Under the pieces are notes generated by a model, which ran no database searches, was not told the origin of the DNA, and saw only the letters and a list, made by a program, of their open reading frames with translations. From positions 124,001 to 145,201 of the forward strand of contig JBEUKZ010000050.1 of NCBI GenBank assembly GCA_048128005.1: a stretch of DNA of 21,201 nt. Reading direction: 5' to 3'. Positions 1-8,607 of the stretch are shown here, one piece after another. The DNA is from Veleropilina oligotropha (Eukaryota). Numbering within the stretch: position 1 is the first letter of the stretch; each line of letters begins with the position of its first letter. The translations under genes and the position numbers were made by a program.

Positions 1-1123
1 GGAGTGCATGCTTTTTGGTGATGCCCGACCACCTGGCATCACCAAGCTTCCGCCTGCCATTGTAACAATGGCCAAAGCATTGCACTCCATGGTATTGGAG
101 CATCCTGAACCAGAGTCCTGGGCTGCAGCTTTGCTGGAACCCCTTTGGGGTAATGATCGGATTCTTGATGATCGTCGACGTCCTCTGTTCTTCCCCTCAT
201 TTGCGAGGGGAGGTATCATGACACTTGGCGACTTGGTCGATCGTGAAGACAGAACGTTTCTGTCGATCGAAGCCATTGTCGCCAAGACCTCATCAAGAGC
301 CCTGGACGCTAGACGTCTTTGTACATACCTAAAACGTGCGATTCCTGGCGACTGGTTCGGCTTGCCGGCCGGAGACCGGGAATCAGCGTCCAGGGCATAT
401 TCCGTCCATGCTATGGATGGTACTAGCCACAGTTGCTTTGACTTGTCGTCCAAACAATGGTATATATATTTGGTCGATGAGCATGCAACTGAGACCGTTG
501 CCGTCCAAGCATGGGAGCCCACGCACGCGCCAAGCAACTGGAATCCAATATGGTTGGGGATATTTAAGATGCCTGTCCCCAACACTGTCCGCGAGGTTGC
601 TTGGTTGCTGCTGCAGAGGCAGTTGTGGGTTCGAGCAAAGCTGCTGAAAGTGGGCATTGTCACGGATGCCAGTTGTCCTCTTTGCCAGTCTGGCGAAGAG
701 ACACTGATACATCTATTTGTGCGGTGTGACATTGCCCGCTCCTTTTGGGTCTGGGTTGCCAACCTTCTTTCCCGTTATCTAGGGCAGGATGTCTCAATTC
801 CTGCCCTGTACATAATATTTCGAGACCGCACCCTGTGGTCAGACATTTCAAAGGATCACAGGGTGGTGGTCGATTGTTTACTTATGTATGGACTGTCAGT
901 CTTGTGGAAACGTCGTTGCCATCAGGTGTACTCTCCACAAGATGATTTTGATCATCTTGCAACCTTGCGAGCCGTCTTTGTGGCCCATTTGCGCATGTTC
1001 ATATTATACGAACACGAACGCGCATTGCTGAGCAAGAGGGGCATTGCCTCCTTCTCACGCATATGGTGCTACAATGACGTGTTTGCAAGCTTGGAGGGTT
1101 CACGACTGACAGTCCTTTTGTAA
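1..1123 (+). CDS. ORF2 C-terminal part (zf-RVT region) of Tx1-like copy 1, 5'-partial
   Basis: Identical to the C-terminus of ORF2 at 4022-7849; CPLC...ETLIHLFVRC zinc finger; stop TAA 1121-1123. The ATG at 8 is internal. Confidence 0.95.
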   Translation, partial: ECMLFGDARPPGITKLPPAIVTMAKALHSMVLEHPEPESWAAALLEPLWGNDRILDDRRRPLFFPSFARGGIMTLGDLVDREDRTFLSIEAIVAKTSSRALDARRLCTYLKRAIPGDWFGLPAGDRESASRAYSVHAMDGTSHSCFDLSSKQWYIYLVDEHATETVAVQAWEPTHAPSNWNPIWLGIFKMPVPNTVREVAWLLLQRQLWVRAKLLKVGIVTDASCPLCQSGEETLIHLFVRCDIARSFWVWVANLLSRYLGQDVSIPALYIIFRDRTLWSDISKDHRVVVDCLLMYGLSVLWKRRCHQVYSPQDDFDHLATLRAVFVAHLRMFILYEHERALLSKRGIASFSRIWCYNDVFASLEGSRLTVLL

Positions 1124-1127
1124 ATAT

Positions 1128-1257
1128 ATTTGTAGTAGGTTTGCAGTTGATACACAACCGGGAGGTTATGGTCGCAGGCCATCCAATTCAACACCGATGG
1201 TCAAGTTCTGCGCCTGGCCTCCTCATCCATTTATTCGACTGCAAATCTATTACAAAT
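1128..1257 (+). other. Long 3'UTR RNA hairpin just after the ORF2 stop (second copy 7854-7983)
   Basis: ATTTGTAGTAGGTTTGCAGTTGA (1128-1150) pairs with TCGACTGCAAATCTATTACAAAT (1235-1257) over 23 bp; the three non-Watson-Crick positions are all G-U. Confidence 0.8.
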
Positions 1258-1262
1258 TTTGT

Positions 1263-1640
1263 GGTGCACTAGCACCTTTTAATATTTGTGACACTTTGGT
1301 CACATTGTTAGTGACACTAGTCACATTTTGTAAACTGTGTCACTTTGGGCACAGTTTTGGCTTATGCCTTTGTTGGGCCGTCATGCCTATTTGTATATAT
1401 ATATTTTGTTTGTGGCACTTTGGTCACATTTTGTATATATATTGATTGTGGCTTATGCCATTTATTTATTTGTGTCACTTTGGGCACATTTTTGGCTTAT
1501 GCCTTGGTTGGGCCGTCATGCCCATTTGTATATATATATTTTGTGTGTGGCACTTTGGTCACATTTTTGTCGGGCCGTTATGCCTATTTGTATATTTTAT
1601 TTGTGATATTCTGATCACATTTTTGGCTTTTGCCTTTTAT
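1263..1640 (+). repeat. 3'UTR degenerate tandem repeat (~135-bp period) built from short hairpin units (second copy 7989-8366)
   Basis: TGTGTCACTTTGGGCACA...GGCTTATGCC...GGGCCGTCATGCC...TGTGGCACTTTGGTCACA starts at 1336 and again at 1471. Confidence 0.85.
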
Positions 1641-1756
1641 TGTATTTTAGATCAGAATATATGTTATAATATGTTTGTTTTGAAGCAACGTTTTAGTTGC
1701 TTATTAGGCCAGTTAGGCCTATCTGTCTGTCAAGTAGGCACTATGTGCCGTTAATG

Positions 1757-1834
1757 CGATACACTGGTCAAATTTACCAGTGTATCGATATTACCCTTTC
1801 GGCCCTATGACATCGGGGACTTAGCTCCCCGGTG
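1757..1834 (+). other. 3'-terminal stem-loops before the poly(A) (second copy 8483-8560)
   Basis: Perfect 12-bp stem CGATACACTGGT/ACCAGTGTATCG (1757-1787); 9-bp stem CATCGGGGA/TCCCCGGTG with loop CTTAGC (1811-1834), 5 nt before the A-tail. Confidence 0.75.
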
Positions 1835-1859
1835 AGATCAAAAAAAAAAAAAAAAAAAA

Positions 1860-1869
1860 GATAGATAGA
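1860..1869 (+). repeat. Putative target-site duplication GATAGATAGA between the two LINE copies
   Basis: The same 10-mer follows both poly(A) tails (1860-1869, 8593-8602); sequence diverges immediately after it (CACCT vs GAACA). Confidence 0.8.
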
Positions 1870-2472
1870 CACCTCGCCGGACGTGTTTTGCAACGCTCCC
1901 GGCCATATTTATACTATAACTTTATTTTCAGCCTTACAACTCTAGTTTTCAGTTGTAAGGTTGAATAAAGCACTCTACTTAACAACCGCTAGGTTGATTT
2001 TGTTAAATTTATTGTATATTTTGTGTGTTTGGAGGTAGAAGTTTTTCAAAAGTGTTGTAAGCGAATCACTAGCGAGAGTTATCTCCTGCTAGTGTTATTT
2101 TCGTATCAACACTTTTGTGTCGCGCATTTCATCGGCGACACCCTCCAAATACATTTAATACATTAATTATATAAATTATTAACGAACCGCTAAGGTTATA
2201 TTTATTTATTTCGGGTTTTATTCACCAAAACCACTTGGTTTTGGTGAATTAAAATTAACATCCGGGCCTTTAGCGGTTCGTAGTAGGCTTTGCGTAGTGT
2301 TGAAATCGACATCCATAGATAGCACGCAAAGCCTTTGTTCTCTCGTCGGCGGCCACCGTTTCGTAGGAAACAATAGTCGCCGACCAGAAACTTATTTTTA
2401 GATATAGTTGCTTGGCTTTCGAGCCTTTTAGTTTAATATAATTATTATTAAAGGGACAGTGGCCTGAATATT

Positions 2473-4020
2473 ATGGCGTCTTCTGTAGCCAGACCACTGT
2501 CCCTTCGATTAGACACAAGGCAGGATAAAACAGCGGCAGTTGATGTATATCGTGCCTTGAGAGAGATTATCGGGACAGGCCCTGGGTTATTAAAGGGCCT
2601 GATCCATATAAGAAAATCAATCTGGAATGTCTCTGTGGCCACGTCGGCCATTAGGGACAAACTAATTGAGAGCGGTCTTGCCATCAGCGGGGTTAACTGC
2701 CCGCTGCACCCTGTTGATGTCAACCGCGTGCTAATCAACGTCAGAGTTCCTTTGGAAATCTCTGACGTTGATATTAAGGAGGCCTTTTCGGTCTTTGGTC
2801 AGGTAGAGTCCGTGGTACGTGAGTACCACGATTTTGATGCCACGGTAGCCACCGGTGTACGGAAGGTGTGGATGACGCGAGTCACCCGCACCATCATGAA
2901 TACCCTTTACATCGGTGGTATGTATCTACCCGTGTGGTACAGAGGTCAAGTTAAGACCTGTAACCTCTGTGCCAAACAAGGACACTTTGCTAGGAGATGC
3001 CCCTCCAAAAACTTATGTTTTGAATGTGGCCAGGAGGGACACCTCCAATCAAAGTGTCCTGAAAAGACCAGGAAGGCCTCCCAGAGGCAGGAGTCGACTA
3101 CCTCTACCAGGTCGGCCCCTGTTGATTCTAGGCCTAAGACTCAGGCAATGCGCACTGTTATGGCAGTGCCTGTTGCCACCCTCACATTGCCTGAGTCAAA
3201 GGCCCCCACCACTACGCTGCCGGCAACCGCAGATATCCGAACTTATATATCGGATGTCATTAAATCTGCGGTTGCCGTGACAACTACGTCGTCTTCCGCG
3301 ACAGTTTCGGCACCTGCTTTGGCAACACAGAACCGCTTTTCTGTGTTGTCAGAAACGGTGTCGTCAACAGCCGAGTCTGACTTGAAGACTCGGCCTACAT
3401 CGTCTTCTGAGCCTGCCCGACAGGCCAAATCAACATCAAAGTCTGTCGGACAGACTCAGACGCCCATAGTGGAGACGACTCCACCCAGTAAAGGGAAGAC
3501 CGGAGGTTCCAAGTCCCCCTCTAAGACAAGTCCCAGGATGGTACCATACAAAAAACCATCTAATGTTACTACCATCCGGGACTGTTTTATCCCAGTTCAG
3601 ATTGGGTCTTCGCTGAAGATGGTTCCCTGTCCATCTTCACCGAAGATCTCGACTTCTGTCAGTACACCTACCACCTTTTCGGAAGCCGTGCAGTCAGCGC
3701 CAGTGTCCAAACCAATGGACACAACTGCAGGGCTTTCGAAGGTACTGGCTCAGAAGCGAGCTGCCGAGTCGGATTCCGACACTGACACATCGGTCAAAGG
3801 CACCCAATTTAAGTTTGGGATGAACAACCCTGCCTACGAAGGGGCACATGGGGAGGTTTTGATCCCCTGTGAATCGAAAGGGGGGGTTGTTTATAGGCGG
3901 TACAAGCGGACCAAACTTCCAAGGTCCGCCCCCTACTCTAACTTTTACTGGGTAGATTTGTCGGAAGAAGATTTTAGCCGGAAGGCTAAACTTCTTGCAA
4001 AGAAGAAGCCAAGGAATTAA
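2473..4020 (+). CDS. ORF1p, gag-like nucleic-acid-binding protein (515 aa)
   Basis: RRM-like N-terminal region (FSVFGQVESV...TGVRKVWM), two CCHC knuckles CNLCAKQGHFARRC and CFECGQEGHLQSKC, S/T/P-rich low-complexity tail; typical Tx1-clade ORF1 layout. Confidence 0.92.
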   Translation: MASSVARPLSLRLDTRQDKTAAVDVYRALREIIGTGPGLLKGLIHIRKSIWNVSVATSAIRDKLIESGLAISGVNCPLHPVDVNRVLINVRVPLEISDVDIKEAFSVFGQVESVVREYHDFDATVATGVRKVWMTRVTRTIMNTLYIGGMYLPVWYRGQVKTCNLCAKQGHFARRCPSKNLCFECGQEGHLQSKCPEKTRKASQRQESTTSTRSAPVDSRPKTQAMRTVMAVPVATLTLPESKAPTTTLPATADIRTYISDVIKSAVAVTTTSSSATVSAPALATQNRFSVLSETVSSTAESDLKTRPTSSSEPARQAKSTSKSVGQTQTPIVETTPPSKGKTGGSKSPSKTSPRMVPYKKPSNVTTIRDCFIPVQIGSSLKMVPCPSSPKISTSVSTPTTFSEAVQSAPVSKPMDTTAGLSKVLAQKRAAESDSDTDTSVKGTQFKFGMNNPAYEGAHGEVLIPCESKGGVVYRRYKRTKLPRSAPYSNFYWVDLSEEDFSRKAKLLAKKKPRN

Positions 4021-4021
4021 A

Positions 4022-7000
4022 ATGCCGCGCATTGCCACCTTAAATTGCGGCGGTTTGGTCAACGAGACCAAACAACTTTCCTTGGCTTCTGATTTCAAGA
4101 AGTTCAAGTTAGATGTGCTGTTCTTGCAGGAGACCCACTTTTTGTCAGATTCTGATACTACCAACTTGGTCAGACTGACAGGTGGGAAGGTGTTTATAGC
4201 CAGCGGTTCTCGGCATGCTGCAGGGGTGGCGATTCTTTTGTCACCCCAGTTTCTACAATTTACCACCATTATTTCATCTACAGCTGACCCTGATGGTCGC
4301 TGGGTGAAAGTTGTAGTGCAGTATTCCGAGGACACTTTCACCTTATGCTGTGTTTATGCACCGACCTACCCTCCTGCAAGACGCACATTTTTCACATCAC
4401 TTAAATCCGTTATATCCCCATCCGATGATAATATTATCCTCGGTGGGGATTTTAACTGCATATTTGATATTAAGGATCGACGAAGTGCTGCTCCCCTCAC
4501 TGATACTTCCGCCATTCCGCTTCAGGCAGTGTGTGGGGAGTATCACCTCCTCGATTCCTTCCGCATTTTACACCCAGATAAGGAGAGTTACACTTGGACC
4601 TCTCCTACTGGTGATGTATCATCTCGGCTTGACCGAATTTATATTTCGTCCTCACTAGTAGGATTTTTAACCAAATCACTTACTATGAGTCTGAACTATT
4701 CAGACCATAGTTTATATTCGATTTCATTGGACAGTGCCGAGTGGCTCACTCATGGCCCCGGTTACTGGAAAATGAACACTTCTCTCCTTCAAGATGTCAC
4801 TTTTCAAGACACCATGTCGGACTTTTGGCCTTCTTGGGTATCGCTGAAGGACACTTTTGATAACATCTTGGACTGGTGGGAAGAGGGCAAGCTTCGCATT
4901 GCCCGTCTCGCCAAGTCCGTCTCCAAAAGTGTGGCTAGTTTTCGCCGAAACAAGCGTCGGCACCTGGAAAAGTCTTTTTCCAAGGTGTCGGCCAAGGTTG
5001 AGGCGGGGCGAAAAGACCTTTTACCACTCAAGGTCAAGATCAAAGCCCAACTAGCCGAGCTTCAGTCGATTGAATACGAAGGGGCCAAGGTCCGATCTCG
5101 TGTACAGTGGCATTTGGAAGGAGAGAAGCCTTCAAAATATTTCTGCTCTCTTGAGCGCTATAAGGGGATAGGGCATTCTTTTAGGTCCCTATCCTCTTCG
5201 GATGGTGCAATTCTCACATCTCAAGATGAGATGCTGGGAATTGCCCATGACTTTTATTCAAATTTATTCAAGTCAGAGGGAGTTAACATGGATACCATGG
5301 ACCCTCTGCTTGATAATTTACAAAAGGTTTTACCTTTACCTTTACGGGAATCTTGTGACTCCTCTTTATCTTTCGAGGAGCTCACAGATTCCATTAAAAG
5401 CATGAATGCTGGTAAATCTCCGGGAATCGATGGCATCCCGGCAGAATTTTATCAGCATTTTTGGCCTCTTATTGGGCCATCATTTATGGAAGTGACGGAT
5501 GCCATTTTTCAACAGGGTGGGATGTCGCCCACCATGTTGGAAGCTGTCGTCCGGCTACTTTACAAGAAGGGGGATAAGGCCGATTTAAAGAACTGGCGGC
5601 CTATCTCCCTTCTTTGTGCTGACTATAAAATTATTACCAAAGCCCTTACCTTGCGCCTGGGAAAGGTTCTGCACCATGTGGTGCACGAGAACCAAACGTG
5701 CGCTGTCCCTGGGCGTTCGATCTTTTCCAATTCCTTACTTGTCCGTGACCTCATTGAGATGGCGGACAGTGAGGACATTCCTTGCGGTATCCTTAGTCTC
5801 GATAACGAGAAGGCTTTTGACCGCTTGGAATGGGACTTTCTTTATAAAGTCCTGGAAAAGATGGGCTTTGGTAATAAATTTATAGGATATATTAGGACCT
5901 GTTACAGTGGTATTTCCAGTAGGGTTATTATTAATAATTTCCTTACTGACCCTGTTTTTCCGGAGCGTGGTGTTAGACAGGGGTGTCCCCTGTCTCCGCT
6001 CCTCTATGTTATTGGAGCGGAAGTACTCGGTGCTTGCATCCGCAATAATCCGGAATTTCAGGGAGTCACTGTGACAGGGGTGTCAGAGGCGCTGAAAATA
6101 TCTCAGTATGCCGATGACACCACCCTATTTCCTGGTGACGATCATGACTTTGACGTCCTATCGTCTGTCCTCAAAGATTACGAGGCAGCTTCAGGGGCTA
6201 AGGTTAACATCGGAAAGTCCGAAGGACTTTTTCTTGGTTCCTGGAGAGATAGGACTGATAGTCCACTTGGTATCAAGTGGACCGCCGACCGACTGAAATT
6301 GCTTGGCGTTTTTCACTCGGTCGGTGGGGCCATCAAGGATAATTGGACCTTTCGCGTCGACAAAGTGCGTACCACCTTAGCACGGTGGCGCGGGAGGCCA
6401 ATGTCCTTGTTTGGTCGGGTCATGGTCGTCAACACCCTTGCCTTGTCACAACTGTGGTACACTGCCACAGTTGTGCCAATGCCCGACAGTGTGGTTGACG
6501 AGGTCAACACACTTGTGTTAAATTTTGTTTGGGAGGGAAAGAAGCCGTTGGTTTCTCGGACCACCTTGATTGGGCCTTTGGAGAGTGGGGGGTTGGGTTT
6601 AATTGATGTTAAATCCAAGTGCGCCTCCCTTCTCCTAAAGCATGTCTCTGAACTGTGTAAAGGTGAGGAGACATGGGCCCAAATGTCCAGAACTCTGGCG
6701 AATGGACGAATTGCTCCATACGACGTGGAGTGCATGCTTTTTGGTGATGCCCGACCACCTGGCATCACCAAGCTTCCGCCTGCCATTGTAACAATGGCCA
6801 AAGCATTGCACTCCATGGTATTGGAGCATCCTGAACCAGAGTCCTGGGCTGCAGCTTTGCTGGAACCCCTTTGGGGTAATGATCGGATTCTTGATGATCG
6901 TCGACGTCCTCTGTTCTTCCCCTCATTTGCGAGGGGAGGTATCATGACACTTGGCGACTTGGTCGATCGTGAAGACAGAACGTTTCTGTCGATCGAAGCC

Positions 7001-7849
7001 ATTGTCGCCAAGACCTCATCAAGAGCCCTGGACGCTAGACGTCTTTGTACATACCTAAAACGTGCGATTCCTGGCGACTGGTTCGGCTTGCCGGCCGGAG
7101 ACCGGGAATCAGCGTCCAGGGCATATTCCGTCCATGCTATGGATGGTACTAGCCACAGTTGCTTTGACTTGTCGTCCAAACAATGGTATATATATTTGGT
7201 CGATGAGCATGCAACTGAGACCGTTGCCGTCCAAGCATGGGAGCCCACGCACGCGCCAAGCAACTGGAATCCAATATGGTTGGGGATATTTAAGATGCCT
7301 GTCCCCAACACTGTCCGCGAGGTTGCTTGGTTGCTGCTGCAGAGGCAGTTGTGGGTTCGAGCAAAGCTGCTGAAAGTGGGCATTGTCACGGATGCCAGTT
7401 GTCCTCTTTGCCAGTCTGGCGAAGAGACACTGATACATCTATTTGTGCGGTGTGACATTGCCCGCTCCTTTTGGGTCTGGGTTGCCAACCTTCTTTCCCG
7501 TTATCTAGGGCAGGATGTCTCAATTCCTGCCCTGTACATAATATTTCGAGACCGCACCCTGTGGTCAGACATTTCAAAGGATCACAGGGTGGTGGTCGAT
7601 TGTTTACTTATGTATGGACTGTCAGTCTTGTGGAAACGTCGTTGCCATCAGGTGTACTCTCCACAAGATGATTTTGATCATCTTGCAACCTTGCGAGCCG
7701 TCTTTGTGGCCCATTTGCGCATGTTCATATTATACGAACACGAACGCGCATTGCTGAGCAAGAGGGGCATTGCCTCCTTCTCACGCATATGGTGCTACAA
7801 TGACGTGTTTGCAAGCTTGGAGGGTTCACGACTGACAGTCCTTTTGTAA
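4022..7849 (+). CDS. ORF2p: APE endonuclease + reverse transcriptase + C-terminal zinc finger (1275 aa from ATG 4022)
   Basis: APE motifs TLNCGGL, FLQETH, VYAP, GGDFNC, SRLDRIY, SDH; RT motifs KSPGIDG, WRPISLL, DNEKAFD, RQGCPLSP, QYADD; CPLC-x8-H-x4-C. The track start at 3995 is a TTG; the first ATG is 4022. Confidence 0.97.
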   Translation: MPRIATLNCGGLVNETKQLSLASDFKKFKLDVLFLQETHFLSDSDTTNLVRLTGGKVFIASGSRHAAGVAILLSPQFLQFTTIISSTADPDGRWVKVVVQYSEDTFTLCCVYAPTYPPARRTFFTSLKSVISPSDDNIILGGDFNCIFDIKDRRSAAPLTDTSAIPLQAVCGEYHLLDSFRILHPDKESYTWTSPTGDVSSRLDRIYISSSLVGFLTKSLTMSLNYSDHSLYSISLDSAEWLTHGPGYWKMNTSLLQDVTFQDTMSDFWPSWVSLKDTFDNILDWWEEGKLRIARLAKSVSKSVASFRRNKRRHLEKSFSKVSAKVEAGRKDLLPLKVKIKAQLAELQSIEYEGAKVRSRVQWHLEGEKPSKYFCSLERYKGIGHSFRSLSSSDGAILTSQDEMLGIAHDFYSNLFKSEGVNMDTMDPLLDNLQKVLPLPLRESCDSSLSFEELTDSIKSMNAGKSPGIDGIPAEFYQHFWPLIGPSFMEVTDAIFQQGGMSPTMLEAVVRLLYKKGDKADLKNWRPISLLCADYKIITKALTLRLGKVLHHVVHENQTCAVPGRSIFSNSLLVRDLIEMADSEDIPCGILSLDNEKAFDRLEWDFLYKVLEKMGFGNKFIGYIRTCYSGISSRVIINNFLTDPVFPERGVRQGCPLSPLLYVIGAEVLGACIRNNPEFQGVTVTGVSEALKISQYADDTTLFPGDDHDFDVLSSVLKDYEAASGAKVNIGKSEGLFLGSWRDRTDSPLGIKWTADRLKLLGVFHSVGGAIKDNWTFRVDKVRTTLARWRGRPMSLFGRVMVVNTLALSQLWYTATVVPMPDSVVDEVNTLVLNFVWEGKKPLVSRTTLIGPLESGGLGLIDVKSKCASLLLKHVSELCKGEETWAQMSRTLANGRIAPYDVECMLFGDARPPGITKLPPAIVTMAKALHSMVLEHPEPESWAAALLEPLWGNDRILDDRRRPLFFPSFARGGIMTLGDLVDREDRTFLSIEAIVAKTSSRALDARRLCTYLKRAIPGDWFGLPAGDRESASRAYSVHAMDGTSHSCFDLSSKQWYIYLVDEHATETVAVQAWEPTHAPSNWNPIWLGIFKMPVPNTVREVAWLLLQRQLWVRAKLLKVGIVTDASCPLCQSGEETLIHLFVRCDIARSFWVWVANLLSRYLGQDVSIPALYIIFRDRTLWSDISKDHRVVVDCLLMYGLSVLWKRRCHQVYSPQDDFDHLATLRAVFVAHLRMFILYEHERALLSKRGIASFSRIWCYNDVFASLEGSRLTVLL

Positions 7850-8592
7850 ATATATTTGTAGTAGGTTTGCAGTTGATACACAACCGGGAGGTTATGGTCG
7901 CAGGCCATCCAATTCAACACCGATGGTCAAGTTCTGCGCCTGGCCTCCTCATCCATTTATTCGACTGCAAATCTATTACAAATTTTGTGGTGCACTAGCA
8001 CCTTTTAATATTTGTGACACTTTGGTCACATTGTTAGTGACACTAGTCACATTTTGTAAACTGTGTCACTTTGGGCACAGTTTTGGCTTATGCCTTTGTT
8101 GGGCCGTCATGCCTATTTGTATATATATATTTTGTTTGTGGCACTTTGGTCACATTTTGTATATATATTGATTGTGGCTTATGCCATTTATTTATTTGTG
8201 TCACTTTGGGCACATTTTTGGCTTATGCCTTGGTTGGGCCGTCATGCCCATTTGTATATATATATTTTGTGTGTGGCACTTTGGTCACATTTTTGTCGGG
8301 CCGTTATGCCTATTTGTATATTTTATTTGTGATATTCTGATCACATTTTTGGCTTTTGCCTTTTATTGTATTTTAGATCAGAATATATGTTATAATATGT
8401 TTGTTTTGAAGCAACGTTTTAGTTGCTTATTAGGCCAGTTAGGCCTATCTGTCTGTCAAGTAGGCACTATGTGCCGTTAATGCGATACACTGGTCAAATT
8501 TACCAGTGTATCGATATTACCCTTTCGGCCCTATGACATCGGGGACTTAGCTCCCCGGTGAGATCAAAAAAAAAAAAAAAAAAAAAAAAAAA

Positions 8593-8602
8593 GATAGATA
8601 GA
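8593..8602 (+). repeat. Putative target-site duplication GATAGATAGA (right flank)
   Basis: Follows A27 and is followed by GAACA-ATG of the penton gene. Confidence 0.8.
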
Positions 8603-8607
8603 GAACA

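Larger units (their letters stand above)
1..1859 (+). mobile_element. Tx1/L1-clade non-LTR retrotransposon, copy 1 (3' part; 5' part outside window)
   Basis: 1-1839 matches 6727-8565 (offset 6726); every ORF-track translation shared by the two regions is identical. Ends in A20 at 1840-1859. Confidence 0.95.
1870..8592 (+). mobile_element. Full-length Tx1/L1-clade non-LTR retrotransposon, copy 2
   Basis: 5'UTR 1870-2472, ORF1, ORF2, 3'UTR, A27 at 8566-8592; flanked on both sides by GATAGATAGA; both ORFs uninterrupted. Confidence 0.95.

Noticed and set aside
1263..1640. CRISPR-like array of palindromic repeats
   Set aside because: Repeats are degenerate, spacers are themselves repetitive, there are no cas genes and the context is a eukaryotic LINE UTR.
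1197..1754. Cys/hydrophobic ORFs in the 3'UTR (also 7923-8480)
   Set aside because: Non-ATG or weak starts; produced by the T-rich repeat array in all three frames.
1860..1905. HDV-like ribozyme at the LINE 5' end (ACCTCGCCGG...CCGGC)
   Set aside because: Only a simple GCCGG/CCGGC stem could be built; the nested double pseudoknot could not be assigned by eye.
3995..4021. ORF2 start at 3995 as given in the track
   Set aside because: TTG codon within ORF1; the APE domain begins right after ATG 4022.
6313..7488. 391-aa antisense ORF inside LINE ORF2
   Set aside because: No recognisable motifs, Ser/Thr/Arg-rich, fully within a well-supported gene; most likely a shadow ORF.
1..8592. 1.8-kb direct repeats read as LTRs
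   Set aside because: The repeat includes ORF2 coding sequence and a poly(A), lacks TG...CA ends, and the element has an APE endonuclease rather than an integrase; these are tandem LINE copies.
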